Positions 13,359 through 26,418 of a DNA stretch of 64,000 nucleotides are shown here, one piece after another. The translations under genes and the position numbers were made by a program. The number at the start of each line of letters is the position of its first letter. The first letter of the stretch is position 1. The notes under the pieces were generated by a model. The model was not told the origin of the DNA and did not search any database. It worked only from the letters and a program-made list of their open reading frames with translations. The stretch covers positions 69,564,001-69,628,000 of the forward strand of contig OX597830.1 of NCBI GenBank assembly GCA_951406725.2, read 5' to 3'. The DNA comes from Octopus vulgaris. Taxonomy: Eukaryota.

Positions 13359-13468
13359 TCTGACAGCTGTTTCGGCAGTAAGGGCAGTCATACCTCATTT
13401 AACCTATAAGCCATAAAGGCAGGTATAAATGAGGCATTAACAAGGATGCCCCACGGCCTCTTCAGAGA
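13359..13468 (-). ncRNA. Type I hammerhead ribozyme motif with long stem II
   Basis: Minus strand reads TCT-CTGAAGA-GGC...GCC-GAAAC-AGCT-GTC-AGA. The core is canonical with a GUC triplet and palindromic ACAGCTGT stem III. Stem II extends through ggggca/tgccct and atgcctcattt/aaatgaggtat. Confidence 0.75.
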
Positions 13469-14184
13469 ATTTAATTTGTTATAATTGTGAAAAAAATTAT
13501 TTTTTCATATACATATAAATATAAAAATATAAAAATGTAAAATATAAAAACTTGTGCATAAACTCCATAATGCTACACATATATATAATACACATTGGTA
13601 CAATAATGCAAGGTAAACAAAACAAAATAAAACAAAATATATATCAGTGTATATATTAATATTAATAAGCACAGTTATTATACATATTTAGCTAATAGTT
13701 CCAAAAACTAACGCATAGGGAGATGTATGCGCACTACTATTTAAATTAAAATCATCCCTATACCTGAAAATAATAATAAAAAAACCATAGTTCAGTTCAT
13801 AAAATTATAAACCTATAAAAGTCAATATAAATTACTATTAATATTAATAATAATAATAATAATAATAGATACAGTTAAGTTAGCACCAAGTACATCCATT
13901 CAAAATCGAAATAACTATGAGTTTAGTTATCCTGTCCGCTTGATATTGATTATTCTAGATTAATTCGATTGGCTTGTAGTTTGAAATTTGAATCACAAAA
14001 GAAATTTTACGGTTGGTTAGTCAAGAAACGCAAATACGCACACGCACATCCACAGATCAATCGCACATACATACATAATTATATGTATACACACACACAT
14101 ACACTTATACACATACGCATCCACAAGCAACCTCTAGCATAAAGATAAATAAATAGGGGATATATAATGTATATATGTATATAT

Positions 14185-14400
14185 ACTCTTTTACTCTTTT
14201 ACTTGTTTCAGTCATTTGACTGCGGCCATGCTGGAGCACCGCCTTTAGTCGAGCAAATCGACCCCGGGACTTATTCTTTGTAAGCCCAGTACTTATTCTA
14301 TCAGTCTCTTTTGCCGAACCGCTAAGTGACGGGGACGTAAACGCACTAGCATCAGTTGTCAAGCAATGCTAGGGGGACAAACACAGACACACAAACATAT

Positions 14401-14432
<32 letters not shown>

Positions 14433-14782
14433 ATATATATTTCTTTACTACCCACAAGGGGCTAAACACAGAGGGGACAAACAAGGACAGACAAAGGGAT
14501 TAAGTCGCTACATCGACCCCAGTGCGTTGGTACTTAATTTATCGACCCGAAAGGATGAAAGGCAAAGTCGACCTCGGCGGAATTTGAACTCGGAACGTAA
14601 CGACAGACGAAATCGGCTACTGCTAACGTTTTCCAAGAAGCCATCGTGATGGCCTTCGGTCTACCAAATCCACTCACAAGGCATTGGTCGGCCCGGGGCT
14701 ATAGCAGAAGACACTTGCCCAAGGTGCCATGCAGAGGGACTGAACCCGGAACCATGTGGTTGGTAAACAAGCTACTTACCAC
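14185..14782 (-). mobile_element. SINE family A with a family B SINE nested at its internal microsatellite (about 14441-14630)
   Basis: The family A halves are separated by a family B sequence (ccccgaaaggatgaaaggcaaagtcgacc-like). Confidence 0.78.
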
Positions 14783-15149
14783 ATTATATATATATAATGT
14801 ATATATGTATATCTGTATATATATTATATATATATATTATATATATAATGTATATATGTATATATGTATATATATTATATATATGTAATGTGATTATAAA
14901 ATATAATTACATTATATTGGGAATGTAATATGTTTCTTTGAAAACCATTGTTAAATGATATGAATAGATGTTTGGTGTGTGTGTGTGTGTCTGTGTGTGT
15001 TTGTGTGTGTGTGTGTGTGTCTGTTTGTCTGTGTGCATGAAGGCATGTCATCTAGTAGTTAGGGTATTGCTCTCATGACCATGTGCTATGAACAGCTTGC
15101 CTGTGTATGAATAGATATGCTTACTGTAAATAAACAAAACCTTGAATGA

Positions 15150-15477
15150 AATGTAGCCAGTATGCTCTGCTGGTTGTGCTTGTACAGCAAAGTGCAAAAG
15201 TGCTGTGAGAAAAATTGGGTATAAGAGGCATCAGATGCAGCGTGCAAAAGAGAAGACTGCACTGGTATGGTTATGTAATGCACAGGGATGAAGAGAGTCG
15301 CATCAGGAGGTGCCAATCTCTAACTGTAGAGGGAAAATGTGTAAGGGGTAGATCCAGGAAGACATGGGACAAAATGGTGAGAATGGCTCTAGAGACATTG
15401 GGTCTTGCAGAGGGATGACAGGGGACTGAGGCTCCTGGCAGTTTGCTGTGCTTGAGAAGACACACCAAGCTAAGTAA
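15150..15477 (+). mobile_element. Old RTE LINE ORF2 C-terminal fragment
   Basis: IRCSVQKRRLHWYGYVMHR..EGKCVRGRSRKTW is homologous to ORF 45246-45923. Confidence 0.8.
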
Positions 15478-15929
15478 AAGCATGGTTGTCCTTGCATACA
15501 GGATCATCCCCTGCATCCCCCTCTAGTTGAGCATTCTTAATCTTGTGGAATCATGGATGGCTTTACATTAAATAAGTTTCAAAACTTAAATAAGAGCACA
15601 ACAAAGAAACAAATAGAACAGTCGCACAAGTCATTGGAAATGCTCTTTCCTATTCAGTTTATTATCGAAAAAAATCATAACAATTTCACACTTTTAATGA
15701 TAATATTGTTCATTTTTGGTGGCATCAACAGCGAATAGCTGCAGGGAATAATGAGCTGACATTGATGACAGTAAAAGAAACAAATATGACACAGGTATAA
15801 ATGTAAATATACAAACAAAATAAAGGTTACGGGGCTCTGAAGCAAGATGACATGTAAAGGGCTTCTCTAAAAAAGTCTGGTCCCAGCTCAGAGCTGAAGA
15901 ATACACTTTTCCAAGATGCCATGTTGCAC

Positions 15930-16252
<323 letters not shown>

Positions 16253-17057
16253 ACAGTGGCACGTAAAAAGCACCCACTACACTCACGGAGTGATTGGCAT
16301 TAGGAAGGGCATCAAGCTGTAGAAACACTGCCAGATCAGACTGGAGCCTAGTTCAACCTCCTGGCTTCCCAGACCCCGGTCGAACTGTCCAACCCGTGCT
16401 AGCATGGAAAACGGACGTTAAGCGATGATGATGACGACGATGATATATATATATAGGTGTGAAACTGAACCTGAAGCCATGTGGTTGGGAAGAAAATTTT
16501 GTAACAACACAACCACACCTGCTAGTGTTTTTGACCATGTAGCCATGCTTGTACTCATTTTTAAACACAAAGCCATGCCTGCACCTATATGTATGCATGT
16601 GGAGTGGAAGCACTCCGTCAGTTACGACAACAAGGGTTCCGGTTGATCTGAATCAACGGAACAGCCTGCTCATGAAATTAATGTGTAAGTGGCTGAGCAC
16701 TCCACAGACACATGTACCCTTAACGCAGTTCTCGGGGATATTCAGCGTGACACAGAGAGTGACAAGGCCGGCCCTTTGAAATACAGGTACAACAGAAACA
16801 GGAAGTAAGAGTGAGAGAAAGTTGTGGTGAAAGAGTACAGCAGGGATCACCACCATCCTCTGCCGGAGCCTCGTGGAGCTTTAGGTGTTTTCGCTCAATA
16901 AACACTCACAACGCCCGGTCTGGGAATTGATACCGCGATCCTACGACCGTGAGTCCGCTGCCCTAACCACTGAGCCATTGCGACTCCACATGTATGCATG
17001 TACACATTCACACATGTATGAACTTTGCAGTCCACCCTCATATATCTGTGCAAACAT

Positions 17058-18680
17058 ATCAGGTAATTAAGGATGAAAAAATTTCCGATTTTCTTATGCA
17101 CCAAGTTTGACACTCGCCAACTCTAATGTTTTATCCTGACAATTCTTCGTTTCACAGCCTTGAAGAATTACATCTTCACTTTTCGAAATGCAATTCACGG
17201 TGCCTGATTATATTGTGAGTTTCCTCTTCTTAATCAATTTTTGTGAACCCACGGATAGATCAAAAATTCATGTTGCTTATGAATATGAGTTCCATCATGG
17301 AACCAATGCATCCCTGACAGCTTGAAACATGAATGAGGATTTTGGTGAAGATGTGCGAATGAGTGAACTGTACATCGATGGTTTGAGAAGTTCCGGTCTG
17401 GTAACTTTACTCTTGAAAATCAGCCCCGTGGTAGACCTGAGACCAAAGTGAACAATGATGAGCTGGAAACTGTAATGGAACCGCATACATCTCAAACCAC
17501 ACTTGAGTTAGCAGCAAGGTTTGATGTCTTGATTCCAACTGTATTGGACCAGCTGAAACAAATCAGCAAGGTAAAAAAACTGGACAGGTGGGCACCACAC
17601 GAACTGAACGAGCATCAAATGACACGTCATCTTGAAACTTGCTGTTCTTTGCAGTCATGGCATAAAAGCAAACCATTTTTGTATCGTATTGTTATGTGTG
17701 ATGAAAAATGGATTCTTTTCAACAATAGCAAGTGTTCTGTATGGTGGCTGGATAGAGATGAAGGGCCAAAACACAATCCAAAAAAGAATATTCACCAAAA
17801 AAAAGGTAGTGGTGTTCCAATGCTGGTGTCATCTACTACAGATTCATGAGCCCTGGTAAATCAATTACAACCAATTGGATGAAATGATGAGTGAACTTGC
17901 AATTAAACAACTGAGATTGGTCAATAGAGACAGAACAATTCTCGGATCTTTTTGATTTGAACGGCAGTTTTTTCTAGCGGTATCATATGAAATTGTCACC
18001 CATAATTATGACCCTAGTATCAATCTATTTTAGGGTTAGGGTTAGGGTTAGGGTTAGGGGTGGGGGGAAGGGTATATTTTTTCTTCACAAATGTAAATAA
18101 ACCCAATCTGTTTCTTAAACGAGGGACATATTCATACGGCATAGAATATTTTTTACCTCAATAGACGTCAGTGACTGGTTGAAATTGCAGAAATTGAAGA
18201 AAAAAAAACAACAAATATCTTACAAACTATAGAATTTTCTCAATAAAGCCAAGAGAAAAAGTTGTTTTATAAACACATTCTACCAGTATACGAAGTTTAA
18301 AATTTTTTAGTTACCTTTTCAAACCGAAAAGATCCCAATTCTCTTGCAAGACAATGCTCGACCACTTGTTACACAATCAACGCTACTCAAGTTACAGGAA
18401 CTGAACTTAGAAATACTCTGTCATTCACCATATTCACCAGACCTTACACCAACTGACTATCATGTTTTCCAGGGATTAGACAATTTTTTGCAAAGAAAAA
18501 ACTTCAAATCTGAAGAATTACTAAAGCAGCCTTTAGTAATTCCATCACCTCTTGCTCTCCAGAATTCTTTGCTGCCAACATAAATAAACTACCGATAAAA
18601 TGGCAAAACTGTGTTGATAATTTAGGTGCATACTTTGATTAACTACATTGCTTTTTTGTTGAGATAAAGTGAAATAGAGA
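17058..18680 (+). mobile_element. Mariner transposon relic interrupted by a MITE
   Basis: WAPHEL, IVMCDEKW, LLQDNARP and PYSPDLTPTDY motifs. Removing 17944-18343 rejoins LVNRDRTIL/LQDNARP. Ends are approximate. Confidence 0.88.
17944..18335. mobile_element. MITE with GGATC...GATCC termini, 8-bp TSD and internal (TTAGGG)5 (Merlin-like, tentative)
   Basis: TSD caattctc at 17936-17943 and 18336-18343. TIRs ggatctttttgatttgaa / ttcaaaccgaaaagatcc. Second copy at 50942-51352. Confidence 0.85.
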
Positions 18681-18773
18681 ATTCCTTTCAACACAACAAA
18701 CCACAGCACATACCCAAGGCACAAAGAGCTGTGCTTGATAGGGCAGTGAAAGTACATGATAAAAATAAGACTA

Positions 18774-18777
<4 letters not shown>

Positions 18778-18841
<64 letters not shown>

Positions 18842-18850
18842 TAATAATAA
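18778..18850. repeat. (AAT)n microsatellite
   Basis: Directly visible. Confidence 0.95.
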
Positions 18851-18929
18851 GTATGGAGATTTGTACATCTGCTATTTTACAGTTATATATAGCATATTAC
18901 AATGACTTACTTTATGTATACATATATTA

Positions 18930-19103
18930 ATAGGTGTAGGAGTGGCTGTGTGGTAAGTAGCTTGCTTACCAACCACATGGCTCTGAGTTCAGTCCCACTG
19001 CATGGCACCTTGGGCAAGTGTCTTCTACTATAGCTTCGGGCCGACCAAAGCCTTGTGAGTGGATTTGGTAGACAGAAACTGAAAGAAGCCCGTCGTATAT
19101 ATG

Positions 19104-19155
<52 letters not shown>

Positions 19156-19331
19156 TGTTTGTACCCCAACATCACTTGACAACCAACGCTGTTGTGTTTA
19201 CATCCCCATCACTTAGCGGTTCGGCAAAAGAGACCGATAGAATAAGTACTAGGCGCACAAAGAATAAGTCCTGGGGGTCAATTGCTTCGACTAAAGGCGG
19301 TGCTCTAGTCAAATGACTGAAACAAGTAAAA

Positions 19332-19332
<1 letters not shown>
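18930..19332 (+). mobile_element. SINE family A
   Basis: Matches other copies. Confidence 0.85.
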
Positions 19333-19395
<63 letters not shown>

Positions 19396-20477
19396 GTATA
19401 CGACAGACTTCTTTCAGTTTCTGTCTAGCAAATCTACTCACAAGGCTTTGGTTTGCTTGATGCTTTAGTAGAAGACACTTACCCATGGTATCACACAGTG
19501 GAACTGAACCCAGAACCATGTGGTTGGGAAGCAAGCTCTTTACCACATAGCCTCATGTACTTATGATTTACTTTTGTTCGTTTGTTAATATACTAAAACG
19601 TAAAAGTGTTCTGAGCACCTTTATAGTTTCTTCATGAATGTCATGAGAGAGTAAACAGGTTAATACAGCAAACTCTGTGACCCATGATATAAAAAGTAAT
19701 TTGCTACATTTGTTTGTGTTGGGAGTTTATGTTAGTTATTTTTGCAACCACTCCTAATAACAGCTATTTTTTTAAGGAGACACTACCACCCACACCCTTC
19801 ATTACAGCCTTACACACTCACCTCTAACCACACTTTGACATCATTTATATATATATGGCAGCCTTAAAAATTCCACGCCTCACTTATCATAGCTCTCACT
19901 CAATTGGGTCTGGTCTATAGTAAGCAACAACAGCAGCTACAATGACGACAACAACACCAACACAATTACTGGGCTTGGCTGTGAGGTAAGACAATTGCTT
20001 CGCAGCCATTTTGCTCTGGGTTCAGTCCTACTACATAACACCTCCTACTATTGAAGCATGACCTACTATGGAGCATGACTTCGAAATTTTTTTAGTCGAA
20101 TGAATCGACCCCAGTAATAATTTTTGAAGCCTGGTACTTATTCTATCGGTCTCTATTGCCAAACCGCTAAGTTACAGGGATATAAACACACCAACATCAA
20201 TTATCAAGCAGTGATTGGGGGGTGGGGGAGGACAAACAAACACAGACACAAAGACACATACACATAGATACATAAACACACATGCATTTGGGAAGCAAGC
20301 TTCTTACCACACAGCCACTCTTTCACCTATATATATATATATATATATATATATTTACAAGATAAGGGCAGAAGAAAAATTCTAATGCCAGATACGCAGA
20401 AACAAAAAAATTGTTGATAACCATTAAAGTTATGCGTCTCGAAACAAGCCGATAGAAATCTCTAAAAAATTTGTTAT

Positions 20478-20536
20478 TACCGTATTGGTCCAATTTCGGG
20501 GTTAATTCACAAGAAATTTTCCCCTCTTCAGCGGCA
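20478..20536 (-). ncRNA. Type I hammerhead ribozyme motif, intact core
   Basis: Minus strand reads TGCCG-CTGAAGA-GGGG(19 nt)CCCC-GAAA-TTGG a CCAA-TA-CGGTA. Stem I is 5 bp with one G-U, stem II is GGGG/CCCC, stem III is a near-palindrome, and the triplet is AUA. Confidence 0.8.
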
Positions 20537-20735
20537 CATACGCGAGATATAAATGAAATACTTATTCATACCCACGGAAGAAGCAAGCACCAAGTCCCGA
20601 GCAGACTTAATTACCCCAAATATATCCAAATAGAAAAATCTTAGGCGCACCTCAAGACACGTGTGATTCGAACTAGAAACTTTCACAGAGTGATAGAATC
20701 CGGAAGTGAAACACTAATCTATTTTATCCTATATC

Positions 20736-20789
<54 letters not shown>

Positions 20790-20874
20790 TGGTTAATAAT
20801 CATTCAGAAGAAAGTAAGAAAATGCAAATATAGCATTTAATAGAAATTTATTATCTGCAAAAATCAAGCACAGT

Positions 20875-20957
20875 CCCTTACAGCTGTTTCAATTAAGCCT
20901 AAAAGATTAAATAGCAAGTATTAAAATCATTCTATTGGGCAAAATCTCTTCAAAGGG
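20875..20957 (-). ncRNA. Degenerate type I hammerhead motif
   Basis: Minus strand reads CCCT-TTGAAGA-GATT...AATT-GAAAC-AGCT-GTA-AGGG. Same ACAGCTGT palindrome as the 13359 motif, with a C-to-T change in the core. Confidence 0.6.
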
Positions 20958-21017
20958 GTAGAAAAAAGATATACTTTAAAGTTTTTTATGTTGTGTTTTA
21001 GAATTTAATTTAACTCT

Positions 21018-21071
<54 letters not shown>

Positions 21072-21470
21072 ACTCTTTTACTTGTTTCAATCATTTGACT
21101 GTGGCCATGCTGGAGCACCACCAGTAGTCGAGCAAAACGACCCCAGGATTTATTCTTTGTAAGCCTAGTACTTATTTTATCGGCCTCTTTTGCCAAACCG
21201 CTAAGTTACAGGGACATAAACACACCAGCATCGGTTGTCAAGTGATGTTGGGGGGACAAACACAGACACGCAAACATATTCACACACATGCATATATATA
21301 TATATACATACATATATACGACGGGCTTCTTTCAGTTTCCGTCTACCAAATCCATTCACAAGGCTTTGGTCGGCCCGAGGCTATAGTAGAAGACACTTGC
21401 CCAAGTTGCCACACAGTGGGACTGAACCCGGAACCACGTGGTTCATAAGCAAGCTACTTACCACACAGCC
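21072..21470 (-). mobile_element. SINE family A
   Basis: Matches other copies. Confidence 0.85.
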
Positions 21471-21584
21471 ATTTGAGTCTGGTGAGTGACCTATACTCCT
21501 AAGTGTTTTATAGGTGCAAAACCAATAGTCACTCTATGACAGTCAACTGCCTAAAAAATATATTACTGTGTTGACACTTTAGAG

Positions 21585-21872
21585 CAATAGTTCTCAAAGT
21601 GGGTGGTGGAAAGATCCAGGGGGCTGTTGAAGAAAAATGGGGCAAGAATGGGGTGACCAAAACAGGGCAATAGATGAAAAAAAAAAAAAAGAAGACAAAA
21701 ACAAAGAAAATAGAGAGTCAAACTGGTTAACATTTATTTGTGAAATATTGTTGTTTTAAATTTGATGCAGAAAATGGTCTGTCTGTGATGGTGAGTGGCA
21801 TTGGTGGAAGGGCACTAGGAATGTGGCTTAGAACCAAGGGGGCGGAAGCCTGAAAAAGTTTGGAAACCACTG
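21585..21872. mobile_element. hAT (Charlie-like) MITE
   Basis: TIRs caatagttctcaaa / tttggaaaccactg and 8-bp TSD ctttagag (21577-21584 and 21873-21880). Confidence 0.8.
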
Positions 21873-21960
21873 CTTTAGAGTGTGCTTCTTTTTGGGGATA
21901 TATGAACTACTGACATGTGTGTGTGTGTGCATGTGTGTGTGTGCACGTGTGTGTGTGTGT

Positions 21961-22031
<71 letters not shown>

Positions 22032-22567
22032 TATCTTCCACCTCCACTCCATAGCCAGTGTTAATTTTTTCCTGCCTTGTAACTTAGCACTCTGGCAAAA
22101 GAGACTGATAAAATAAGTAACAGGCTTTAAAAAAAATATAAGTACTGGAGTCAATTTGTTCAACTAAAACCCTTCAGGGCTGTGCCCCAGCATGGCCACA
22201 GTTCAATGACTGAAACAAGCAAAAGATAAACAGTATGATTTTCTTTGAAGGGAAATAATTTGATTTTGTTCTCAAAAATATTTGAGCTCAAGATTACATA
22301 GCAGCGTTATAGATTGGTGCATTCAGTTTTTGATCAGCTTAAATACAAGGGTTGCCTCCCCTGATTTTCTTAGTAATTAATTATTCATTAACTAGACTAC
22401 CCATGATTTGTGGGGTCACTGACGGTTCAGGTTAGAAAACACTGAAGCTGATTTCAACATCACATTGAAATGAAAGTGAATTTTATGATGATTCAGTTAA
22501 ATATTTCAATTCGTTCATGTCATCATAGATCTGGTTTACAAGTTCAGGTTTTATGGTTTTATTGATT

Positions 22568-22972
22568 ACTAGCAGTATCGCCCGGCGTTGCTCGGGTTTG
22601 TAAGAGAAATAACTATATAAGCATTTTTAGAGAGTTATAGCCAAAAAATAGCAAAAAAATGCATTAAAAATGGAAAAAAAATGATGGTAAATTTTTTTTA
22701 AATCGTTGACTCATTGTAGACATTTTTAGAGAGTTACTTCCCTTAATATAATAACAAAAAAAAAATGCATTAAAATAGAAAAAAATTGATGGTAATTTTT
22801 TTTTTAAATCGTAGACTCATCGTAGACGCGCACTAATACCCAGAAGGACTCGATATGAATCACGACTATAAGATACCCGGTTTTGGTTAAACTGCACCGC
22901 AAAATGTGGGAGTAGTTAGGAATCTAAATCGTTGGAGACAGACACACAACTTCTCTTTTATATATAAAGATT
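22568..22972 (+). mobile_element. Non-autonomous helitron/helentron-like element
   Basis: Starts tactagcagtatcgcccggcgttgctcggg (hairpin), has internal duplicated blocks, and ends gacagacacac...ttttatatataaagat. Same architecture at 54062-54873. Confidence 0.6.
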
Positions 22973-23432
22973 TTGCCTATTTATAAACGTACCCCCAAAA
23001 AAACGTGTATCTTGGGAATCTGTCATCCAATTTACATTTCAGAGGTACCTTACTTTCAGAATACTTTTCCATTTTACATCGGTTTAGCTGTATTAAATGA
23101 CAAACAAACACGCACACAAGCACACATGCAAGCAAGCAAGCAAGCAATTACAGAGTTTTAGTAGTATATAGAGAATATTGTTTGATTATAAGGGCAGTGA
23201 ACTTGCAGAATCGTTAGCAAACCAGGCAAAATGCTTGTCCATTTTTACATTCAGTTCGTATTTTGCCTGTTGTCACATTCTGGGTTCAAATGCTGTGGAG
23301 GTCAACTTTGTCTTCCATCCTTTCAGGGTTGATAAAATAAGTACCAGTTGGGTACTGGGGTTGTTGTAATCAACTTAGCCCCTCTCTCGAAGTTGCTGGC
23401 CTTATGCCAAATTTGAAACCAGTAATATTGTT

Positions 23433-23648
23433 TACTCTTTTACTTGCCTCAGTCATTTGACTTTGGCCGTGCTGGAGCACTGCCTTTAGTTGAGCAAATC
23501 GACCTCAGGACTTATTCTTTGTAAGCCTAGTACTTATTCTATAGGTCTCTTTTGCTGAACCGCTAAGTTACGGTGACATAAACACACCAGTATTGGTTGT
23601 CAAGTGATGTTGGGGGGACGAACACAGACACACAAACATACACACACG

Positions 23649-23690
<42 letters not shown>

Positions 23691-23856
23691 CAAATACATA
23701 TGACGGGCTTCTTTCAGTTTCTGTCTACCAAGTCCACTCACAAGGCTTTGGTCAGCCCGAGGCTGTAGTAGAAGACACTTGCTCAAAGTGCCACACAGTG
23801 GGACTGAACCCAGAACCATGTGGTTCATAAGTAAGCTACTTACCACACAGCCACTT
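23433..23856 (-). mobile_element. SINE family A
   Basis: Matches other copies. Confidence 0.85.
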
Positions 23857-25205
23857 CTTTAAAAATAATATAGTTTCAGTCATTGGACTGCAGCTATACT
23901 GGGGCGCCATCTTTATGGGTTTAATCTACTCTAGTTCTTATTTTTAAGTTTGTTATTTATTGTATTTGCTTATTTTGTCAAACCACTATGTCATGGGAAT
24001 GTAAACAAATCCACACCAGTCGGCAAGCAGTGAAGGAAGACTAACACAAAGAGATACATGCACACACACACACACACACACACAGATAAACATGTTGGGT
24101 TGGTAAGAAAGTAATTTTGGTTTTGTAGTGTGAAATAAAAGTCATGTATTTTTTTTCATACAAAGAATGAACTTTAATCAATTATATATTTTCCATTTTG
24201 TTCAATGACCTTTCACCATCTTTCTGGCAACTTTGTAATTCTATGCTCATAGAACTTCTGGACCTCATCAGCCAAAAACTGAAGCAAGTGTGATTTCAGG
24301 TAATTATCATTGTTGAAATTTTTACCATTCAAGAAACTTTTGAAACTTTGAAATAAATGGTAATCTGATGTTTCAAGGTCATGGATATATGGCAGATACG
24401 ACATCACTTCCCAACCAAGCTCCAATAATTTTTAATGAGTTAGCAACGATGTGTGTGGTCTAGTGTTGTCATGGTGGAGCACGATTCCTTTACGATTTGC
24501 CAATTCTGGCCTTTTTTTTCTTTGATTGCTTCCTCCAGTTTCATTAGTTGTTGACAGCAAACATCTGAATGGATTGTTTGGTTCCTTGGAAGCAGCTCAA
24601 AATACACAACACCTTTGTAATCCCACTAAATTGACAGCATGACCTTTTTTTGATGCAAATCCGCTTTTGATGTGGTTTGTGCTGGTTCATTATGCTTGGA
24701 CCATGATCGTTTCCGATTGATGTTATTGCAGACAATCCATTTTTCCTCATCAGTGATGATTCGTTTAAAAAAAAAAAGGTTGATTTCATGGTGTTTGGGA
24801 TGCATATTGTGAATATTGATTTGTTGTGTTAAGTGAATCTCTTTCAACTGATGTGGAATCTAAATATCGTGCTTCTTAACGAGTCCAAGACATTTTAAGA
24901 GATTTTCAATTGTTTTGTGTGATACATTTAACCTCACAGCAATCCCTCGCACAGTTAGATGACAATCAGATTCAGTTAAGGCTTTGATTCGGTCATCATC
25001 AACTTCAGTAGATCGAACAGAATGTCAGTCATCTTTGAGTGAAAAATCTCCAGAATGGAATTTTTAAAACCATTTCTGACATGTGCGTTCTGTTAAGCAA
25101 TCAACACCATAAACTTCACAAATCTCTTTGTGAGCCTCAGCATCTTTCTTGCCTTTACAGAAATAGAAAAGCAAAATATGATGAAAATGTTTGTTTTTGC
25201 ACTCC

Positions 25206-25444
25206 GCCAGTGGCACGTAAAAAGCACCATCCGATCGTGGCCTCGTCTGGCACCTATGCCGGTGGCACGTAAAAAGCACCCACTACACTCGCAGAGTGGT
25301 TGGCGTTAGGAAGGGCATCCAGCTGTAGAAACACTGCCAGATCAGACTTGGCCTGGTGCAGCCTTCTGGCTTCCCAAACCCCAGTTGAACTGTCCAACCC
25401 ATGCTAGCATGGAGAACGGACGTTAAACGATGATGATGATGATG
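25206..25444 (+). mobile_element. RTE 3' UTR copy inserted at the mariner transposase start
   Basis: Standard RTE 3' UTR sequence with (GAT)n tail. Confidence 0.8.
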
Positions 25445-25474
25445 TTAAAATTGACACTGAACAGCTGTGAACAA

Positions 25475-25900
25475 AATTATGCACAATTAGCTTCTTAGAT
25501 GCCTCGCAAACAACTTGCACATGCAAATGCTACCAGTCAAAAACTCCACATACTGGAAGCCAGCATGTGCATGGGGTCATCAGGAGAGAATGCGCGCCGT
25601 TTCGAGGCCTACCTCTCGACGGCATCAATGCGCACCAGCCCCACTCACTGATATGAGGCCCTACTTGCTAGATCAGCTGGTTATCAAATAAAGCTCAATA
25701 TCCTTCTAGCCATCGCTCATCGTCTCTTTTTAACCAAATCCACTGGCTAGCCTTCTCCACTGTAGTTTGGATATCAGTCATGGTGGTATTGACTTTACGA
25801 TGAGTTAGGCCTAAGAATAACAACAGTCGTCTCACACTGTGTCCAACGAACCCTCTACATCCGACTTCGATTGGAAAATGTTCTGCGTCCATATTATCTT
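25475..25900 (-). mobile_element. 3' end of an RLE-endonuclease non-LTR retrotransposon (HERO-like)
   Basis: PIEVGCRGFVG.S...LLFLG.....EKASQWIWLKR resembles the C-terminus of HERO-clade ORFs. It is followed by about 220 bp of 3' UTR. Confidence 0.72.
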
Positions 25901-26418
25901 TCACAGTAAGCTAAAAGTAATGGATATCAAATGTGAAAAGGAAAATATCATAACATTGACAAAAGTCATTCAAAAAAATCGTAACTCTATCTGTTTGCAA
26001 AAACGAAATTACTTTCTTGCCAACCCAATATATGGTGAGCTTCCACACAATTTCTGTGTATCAAATTCACACACAAGGCATTAGTCAGCTGGAGGTTGAA
26101 GTAGAAAACACTAGCCCAACGTACTGCTTAGAGGAATTGAACTCAAAACCATGTAGTTGCAAAGCAAGCTACTTAGCCACACAACCATGTTGGCACCTTG
26201 AATTTTTCTCATTACCTGCATGTAATTTGAATTAAGTTAAAATTTGAATTCATTAAAATTAATTAGAGAATTCATTAATACTTGCAATGAAATGAAATGA
26301 AAATTTTCAAATTTTAATTAATGATATTTAATAGAGTGATATAATACAAAAAAAAATCCATTCTGATACAGAAGAAATAAAGAACAAACAACATTGATTT
26401 TCAAAAAAAATATTATTT

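Larger units (their letters stand above)
24094..26028 (-). mobile_element. Mariner transposon with both TIRs and two nested retro-insertions
   Basis: TIRs ttgggttggtaagaaagtaatttt (24094) / aaattactttcttgccaacccaa (to about 26028). Transposase motifs HILLFYFCKGK..EICEVYG, IITDEEKW and LPYIHDLETSDYHLF. Confidence 0.88.

Noticed and set aside
18029-18059. True telomere or chromosome fusion site
   Set aside because: Only five units, located inside a TSD-flanked MITE.
25570-25625. GAAAC...CTGATGA on the minus strand of the HERO 3' UTR as a type II hammerhead
   Set aside because: Stems I and III and an NUH triplet could not be built convincingly.
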